From the human T2T-CHM13v2.0 reference genome, Homo sapiens: a DNA stretch of 64,000 nucleotides. The notes below the pieces were generated by a model, which saw nothing but the letters and a program-made list of their open reading frames with translations, had not been told where the DNA came from and did not search any database. Location: assembly GCF_009914755.1 (NCBI RefSeq), contig NC_060930.1. One strand, written 5' to 3'. Every line of letters starts with the position of its first letter. The stretch's first letter is position 1. This document shows, one piece after another, positions 57,854 to 64,000 of the stretch. Both the position numbers and the translations under genes were made by a program.

Positions 57854-58069
57854 ATTGCTTCCAGGGTCAGTTATTCAGTCTTTGGACTTCTAATAGTGTT
57901 AGCAGTTCTGTTTAGGGCTAAAAATGATTGCTTTCAGGGTCATCTATTCTTTGGATTTCTATTAGTGTTAACTATTCTGCTTAAGGCTAAATATGATTGC
58001 TTTCAGGGTCAGTTATTTATTCTTTAGATTTCTATTAGTGTTAACAATTTTTTAAAGCTAAATATGATT
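57854..58069. repeat. Degenerate minisatellite, three copies of a ~71-bp unit
   Basis: Units start at 57854, 57927 and 57996 (attgctt(c/t)cagggtca...tctttggatttctattagtgtta...gctaaatatg). Confidence 0.88.
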
Positions 58070-60574
58070 TTGGAGAACAGTCACAAATCAATATCAGATG
58101 TGATGGGAAACAAAAATAGATTTGATTAATTTTTGCCTGCAGCCTATAAATTGTCTCTGATGGCCTTTCCTAAACAGAAGAACCAAGAACATTTTCAGCA
58201 ACAATAGTAGAATTTGGATAAATGTACAGAAATGTCTCATAAGATGACAGCTTTGAGGGTCAACAGTCCTTTTTATGTGTAAATTTCTGCATAGAACTTA
58301 ATTTTTTTTCTAGTCCATCCTACTACTTTATAATTATAACCATAATATCTTTGTAGCAGACCAAATTACTCTTACTCCAAAGCCCAAAGCTCATTCACGG
58401 ACATTCATTGTAACATTGGATTTTTTTCAGTGTGTAGCAGTTAAATTTCCATCCTGCATATTTGATAGCTTCTACTACATATAATCACATCTATTGAGTA
58501 CTTGCTACCTATCAGTAGGTACTATTATTTTTATTCCCATTTATTACAAATGAGGAAAGAAACTCAGTTAGGGAAAATAACTTTCCCTTATCAAAAAGTT
58601 CCCTCATCAACTTTATATTATACTGTTACAATTAGTAACAGATGTAGGATTAGATCTTAGGTAGTCGGAATACATAGCCTGTTATTTTAGCCTTCTTAAT
58701 ATGTGAATAGTGTGGAAGTTACATTCAGCAAAATTTACAATGCTTCATGTGTTCCTTTAAAAATAGTGAGCAGTCGCTAGCGTTAGACCAGTACTGGTTG
58801 TAGAGATTTTAACTGGTGAATATATGGGTTGAAATGAAAAATAAGCAACAAGCAATTTATCCAGATAATCTACTAATAAAGTGATAACTAAAAGCTAATT
58901 GAAACTAGAAACTTCACATATCCTTCATTGTTTCAGCTTCACTGAGCTCCTACTATGTGCCGCCTCCAACTAGAGTACCACATTGGATCAGAGCCAAGAG
59001 CAGCAATAAGTTGCTAGGCCAGGTTCTGAGGAAGCTCCACCTCCTGTGGAGTATCCTGGATGGGATGACTTCAGGACACTGAACACCCTTACTTTACAGA
59101 TTCCAAGGCAGGGTCCTGCAGGCTTAGTCTGTGTGGGTGGTAACCTGGGTCCTCTTTCTGCAGCTAAGATCTCTTTCAATTCATGATTCATTTACTGTGT
59201 CTAGAAGGAAGCTAAGTAGCAGGACTACTGAAGAAATGCTACATGATATGTTGAGATAGGTTGAGGTTATGAATATGATCTGGTAGTCATCTCTGCTTGT
59301 TTCTTTGTCAGGCAACCAAGTCATGAAGCATTTTATTTCAGAAGAGAAGGGATAAGAGAAAAGCCATGGTAAGCTCTATAAATGCCCATTTTTAGGACAT
59401 GAAACACTCAGCTGAATTTCTTCATATTTGATTTCTTACTGTCTTATTTGCTTTAGAAACATGCCACAGCACAGGGATGATACAAGAAACACTTGGACAT
59501 ATTTCAAATTAAATTATCTTCATTCCTTTTTATTTGAATAAACCATGAGAAAATTGAGCTCTAAAATGCTCCTCCTGGGTATGCCTTGACAAAGAGCATT
59601 CTTGTTTCCCTGCAGCCAAGAGGACTGTGAGAAAGGGCAAGAAGCGCTGCTCTATTTCCAGGAGGAGGGCTCTACTGCAAGAGTGGGTTTTCTCATGGCT
59701 GTCAGTTTACAAGAGAATTCCATGGGTCAAGCCTATAGTTAAATCAATTGCATGCCTATATGGGAAAAACTCTGCCTTATCAAACTTTGCCATGTAAATA
59801 CATGAGTCTGGACTCTTTCACATACATTCAGGTATTCAAATTATTTCAAAAGATATTTTAAAATTATGGTTGCAAAATACTTTGAATGCTCCTGAAGATA
59901 AATCAAGGTAGGCTTTTCTAAGACATTAAAAAACTAGTCGCTACCCAGACTGCCTCTCTACCTATTGTGGTCCAGGCCTTTTAGATCCATGGTGTTCCTC
60001 CAGACATTGCTGTTAGCTCCATAATTAGAACTAATGCACTCCCTAGACCCCAGTGACATGCTCCTGTGCTGTTGGATTGTCCTGTTTTGTAAATAAATTT
60101 CATTTGGTCTTCAAATTATCAACTTGCAGAAAATCCAGTTGAAGGTTTATTTAAAAGAAGATAGCCATTTGGACTGAATTAACTGGCCTGTTCAATCCAA
60201 TGACTTCTTGAATAATCTAGTGTAGATTTAATCAAGTCACTTTCACCCTCAAAAATTGGTTCCTAAATAACAACCACATCTTAATCTGCTAAACTCGCAC
60301 TTTTTCCCTACAAGAGCCCACTGCTCTGGACAAACCCATGAAGCTGTGGACATCAAACATGTTACTGGTCATCCAGACTCTGTGTTTCACCTAAATCTAC
60401 CCCTATGGTGTAAGTGAACTAGAGAAACAAAGGCTTGATTCTCTAGCACTAAGATGTGCTAACTTATGTTAAGAACTTTTATTTTAGGATGTACATAAGT
60501 TAGAATTAAGTTCAGCTGTTAGTAACAGCGATCTACTTAGAGTGACTTAAACAGTTTAAATGTCTATTATCTTA

Positions 60575-60723
60575 CTTTTTCTTTTTTTTTTTTTTACAGG
60601 AGACAGGGCCTCTTTCTGCCCCCCAGTCTGGAGGGCAGTGGAGCAAACTCTTGGGTTCAAGCCATCCTCCTGCCTCAGCTTCCTGAGTAGCTGGGATTAC
60701 AGGAATGTGCCATAGTACCTGGC
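60575..60723 (-). mobile_element. Partial AluJ-type element
   Basis: T tract + agacagggcctc...cctgcctcagcttcctgagtagctgggattacagg. Confidence 0.8.
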
Positions 60724-60784
60724 ATATTCTCTTTTTTTTTAAAAGTTGAGAGGTATTTTTTACAGGTTTGGTGTGGTAACTGTT

Positions 60785-61270
60785 TGTGCTAACCCATTTT
60801 GTACTGCTGTAACAGAATAGAACAGACTGAGTAATTTATAATGAACAAAAATGTATTGGCTCATGGTTCTGGAGGCTGGGAAGTACAAGGTTGAGGGGCT
60901 GGCACCTTGCAAGGGCCTTCTTGCTACATCATCCTAGGGAGGAAGGGCAAAGGGTGGGATGAGAGGGAGGGAGACAGAAAGAAAGGGCAGGAGAGAGGGA
61001 GAGAGAGAAGGAAAGTGAGAGAGAGAGAGAGAGAAAGAAAAAAGAGAGAGAGAAAGAAAGAGAAAAAAGAGAGAAGAGAGAGAGAGATTGAGAACAGAGA
61101 GCCAAACTTATCCTTTTGGAAACCACTTCTGAAATAACAGCATTAATCTATTCATGAGGGCAGGGCCCCCACAGTCTAATTATCTCTTAAAGTTCCCACC
61201 TTTCAATACTGTTACAAAGGAAATTAAAATTTAACATAAGTTTGAGAGGGTACAAACATTCAAACCATAA
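60785..61270 (-). mobile_element. MaLR LTR (MST/MLT1A-like) containing a GA-rich expansion (~60940-61100)
   Basis: tgctgtaacagaata...ggttctggaggctgggaagt...taatctattcatgagggcag...aaacattcaaaccata. Confidence 0.78.
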
Positions 61271-63409
61271 AACCCTACAAAAATCTCACAGACCTAGACT
61301 TATTTCTTGCTGTTCTGCCTTCTGTTCTCAAGGTCACAAGAGGGCTGATAGAGCTGTAACTATTCACTTCACGGTGGAAGAAACAATAAGGAAAGAAGAT
61401 ATGATCCTCCTTTCTAAAGTGCCTTCTGGAGGTACTTTCTATTTTCCTCCCATTACCCTGAGCCTCATCATATGGCCAAACCAGAGAGGCCGGGAAATGT
61501 AATTTCACAGCTGAACACAGTTAAGTTTCCATTATAAAGAAAGAGAAGGAGAAAGGATATTAGAGGCAAGAAGCTGTTCCTGTCACAGTTAGCATTAAAA
61601 CTAAAGTTAGAGAAGAAAATTTTCTCTTTCATTTAATGTTCTATAAAGCAACATTTATTGATGAACTCACTGTCCTAGACACTAAGGATTCAAAAACCGA
61701 AATGACACAGTTCTTGTCTTCAGAATATCACAGTCTAATGGAGAAAATACGTGTTCATGTCCATAGATGATTACATACTAGATGTACCCCTAGATTTTTA
61801 TGAGAACAAGTAAGATAAACTCCCCACTCAGACAAGGGTGAGGAAAAGGAAGAAGGCTTTATGGAAGTCACAGAAGAAAAATACGGAAAGAAAGTAGACT
61901 TTGGTGACAATGTATTGGGCAGAGGTCAAATAAAGATAGAAAATACGTCCATTGGGTTTAATAACAACAGAGGCCTTTAGTGAGCTTGGGGAACACTGTT
62001 TCAGGGGAGTGCAGGAAATCAAATCCAGTGGGGCAAAATGTGACTATTAATGATAAAGTTGAGAGGGAAAATACAGAAAAGTCTTTAAGAAATGTAGTTA
62101 TAAAGAGGAAAAGAGAAGGAAAATGGCAGCTAACAAGGTCTAGGCTAGGGAATGGTTTTTTTAAGGATAAGAAACATATGAGGATACTTCAATACCACCG
62201 AGAATGTACAAAAAGAGGGACAGAGACAGATATACAAATAAAGAGAGGAAAGAGAGCAGGTGAGCTTATCCTCTGAAATGGCAGAAATCAAAGTAAAATC
62301 TAATGCCAAGGCAAGTGATATCTAAGACAATGATCATAAAACTGAGACGTATCTGAAGATAATCTCTATGTTTTCTGTGAAGTAGAAGTCCCAGTTCTGA
62401 CATAGCAGTAGAGTCAGGGAGAAGAGTGATACATGCAAAAGAGTGATATGCTTTACATTAGCCATTACTAGCAATAAGAAAGACAGGGATGGGTGAAGAA
62501 AAGAAAGAAGAGTAGGAAGTAGGAAAGGGCATGCATATTATGAAAATCTTTTCTCTCACCTCTGTCCCCAGTCCCCACCACAGAGGCAATTACTGTCACT
62601 AATTTATTGTGTATTTTTCCAGAGGTATTCTATTCCAATACAAGCAAATATCTATATTTATCCCTTTTTACATTTTTACATATGGTGCATACCATACACA
62701 TTTACCTTGTTTTGGATAATTTAAATATACATAGGTATACTGCTACTCTCCCAATCCCTGAGATACCATCATTAACTCCTCCCTATCTACAAACAAGATG
62801 ATCATGTCAGAGATGTTAATTGTCTTGCTCAAGATTCTTAGCTGACAAATAAGTAGTGAAGCAGGAAAAACAGATTCCACCATTATATCCATATAATAGA
62901 TCTGTATTACATTTGGAACTGTTCTCTCAACCAGAAATTAAATCTAAGAGAAAAATACACTTGGAAATTTAACCTCAGAGTGAGTGACTTGAATGCTCCA
63001 ACTATGCTGTCATCATCATGAAATATTCTACTGCTGTGTTCTATTACTGTTTTGAAACTGTGTCAAAGACCAATTGATAGATAGTCCAGTCAGAAGATCT
63101 CAGCTGTGTATGGATATCAAGAGGCACTTAGCTCTAGGAAGGTAGCCTTCTTATGCCTCTTACAGAATTTCTCTCTCCAATTTAGTTGGAGACACAGTGG
63201 CCCTGCCTGCCAATTTTAGATCACTCTCCCGCTACAATTTACATAATTTACATTTTAACCTTACTTATCTACCGAAACAGGCCAATGACCCTCCTCAAAC
63301 AGCTGTGCGTTCTATTTCCTGAGTTTCTGCACTTGTTTCTTTCACTTGAAACTGCCCCTAACACTGCCTCACTTGGACAGCTTCTTTATCTTTCCAAACA
63401 TAGATTAAT

Positions 63410-64000
63410 TCATTTGCTAATTCAATAAGTACATACTAAGTGCTGGCTACCATCCAGAAAGTTTCAGCCCAGAAGTTTTGATGGGACACAGGATAGGCAA
63501 GGGATCTGTCCTCAGGAACTTGTACTCTAGTGTAGAAAGCAGATAAAAACAAATAGATGTATTAACTAGAGATTGTTTGGGGTTCTATGAAAAAAATAAA
63601 CAAGGTGTTGGAATGGGACATTACAAGAGTGACTCATTTTAGATTGTTAGAGAGATTAAGTTGAGACCTCAAGGGTGAGAAGGAGCCAGCTCTGTGGAAA
63701 GCAGGGGAAGGATGTTTCAGGCAGAGGAAAAGCAAGTACTATGGCCTTGAAGTGATAAAGTGGCTTAACCTTTCTAAGAACTGACAAAAGGCCATTGTTG
63801 CTGGTGCATAAATGAGGAAGGGGACAGGAGAGAACATAAAGGGAGGAGGTTAGAGAGGTGGGGCAGACCCAGACCATGGAGGGCTTTGTCAGTCAAGGTA
63901 ACCGAACTCAACTCTAAGGATAATGGGGAAGGATTAAAAGGTTTTATGCAAGGAAGAAAAGAGATGACAACATCTGGTTTTGTTGTTAAACAACTAATTT
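63410..64000. mobile_element. L2 LINE fragment
   Basis: ttcaataagtacatactaagtgc...gttgagacctcaagggtgagaaggagccagc...ttttatgcaagg. Confidence 0.6.

Noticed and set aside
60907-61137. Arg/Glu/Lys-rich ORF
   Set aside because: Translation of a GA-rich simple repeat inside an LTR.

Overview
Human/primate genomic DNA. The left 10.4 kb holds the 5' part of HDDC2 (HD-domain 5'-deoxynucleotidase) on the minus strand: coding exons 1-4 (10281-10364, 8948-9069, 7124-7226, 1252-1320) with canonical GT-AG junctions joining in frame into 126 codons. The remaining exons lie beyond the left edge. A CpG-island promoter and a ~300-bp purine/pyrimidine tract sit at ~9.8-10.7 kb. I could recognise no other host gene in the remaining ~53 kb, which is dominated by transposable elements: a 5'-truncated 3.1-kb human-specific L1HS (pre-Ta signature) with a 17-bp TSD, about 16 Alu copies or fragments, several MaLR LTRs including an LTR-int-LTR element, old L1M/L2/MIR and DNA transposons. 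I found no convincing novel multi-gene system. The best leads are: (1) a candidate 42-nt in-frame cassette exon in HDDC2 intron 3 whose acceptor region comes largely from an isolated HERV-K LTR5 fragment; (2) an Arg/Glu-rich reading frame upstream of, and in frame with, the HDDC2 ATG, separated from it by a single TAA; (3) the young L1HS insertion; (4) an LTR-like element ending inside the exon 3 donor site; (5) two closely spaced inverted Alu pairs; (6) a tandem CTCF-like motif pair. Repeat subfamily names come from my recollection of consensus sequences and need RepeatMasker/Dfam confirmation. Boundaries of old repeats are approximate.
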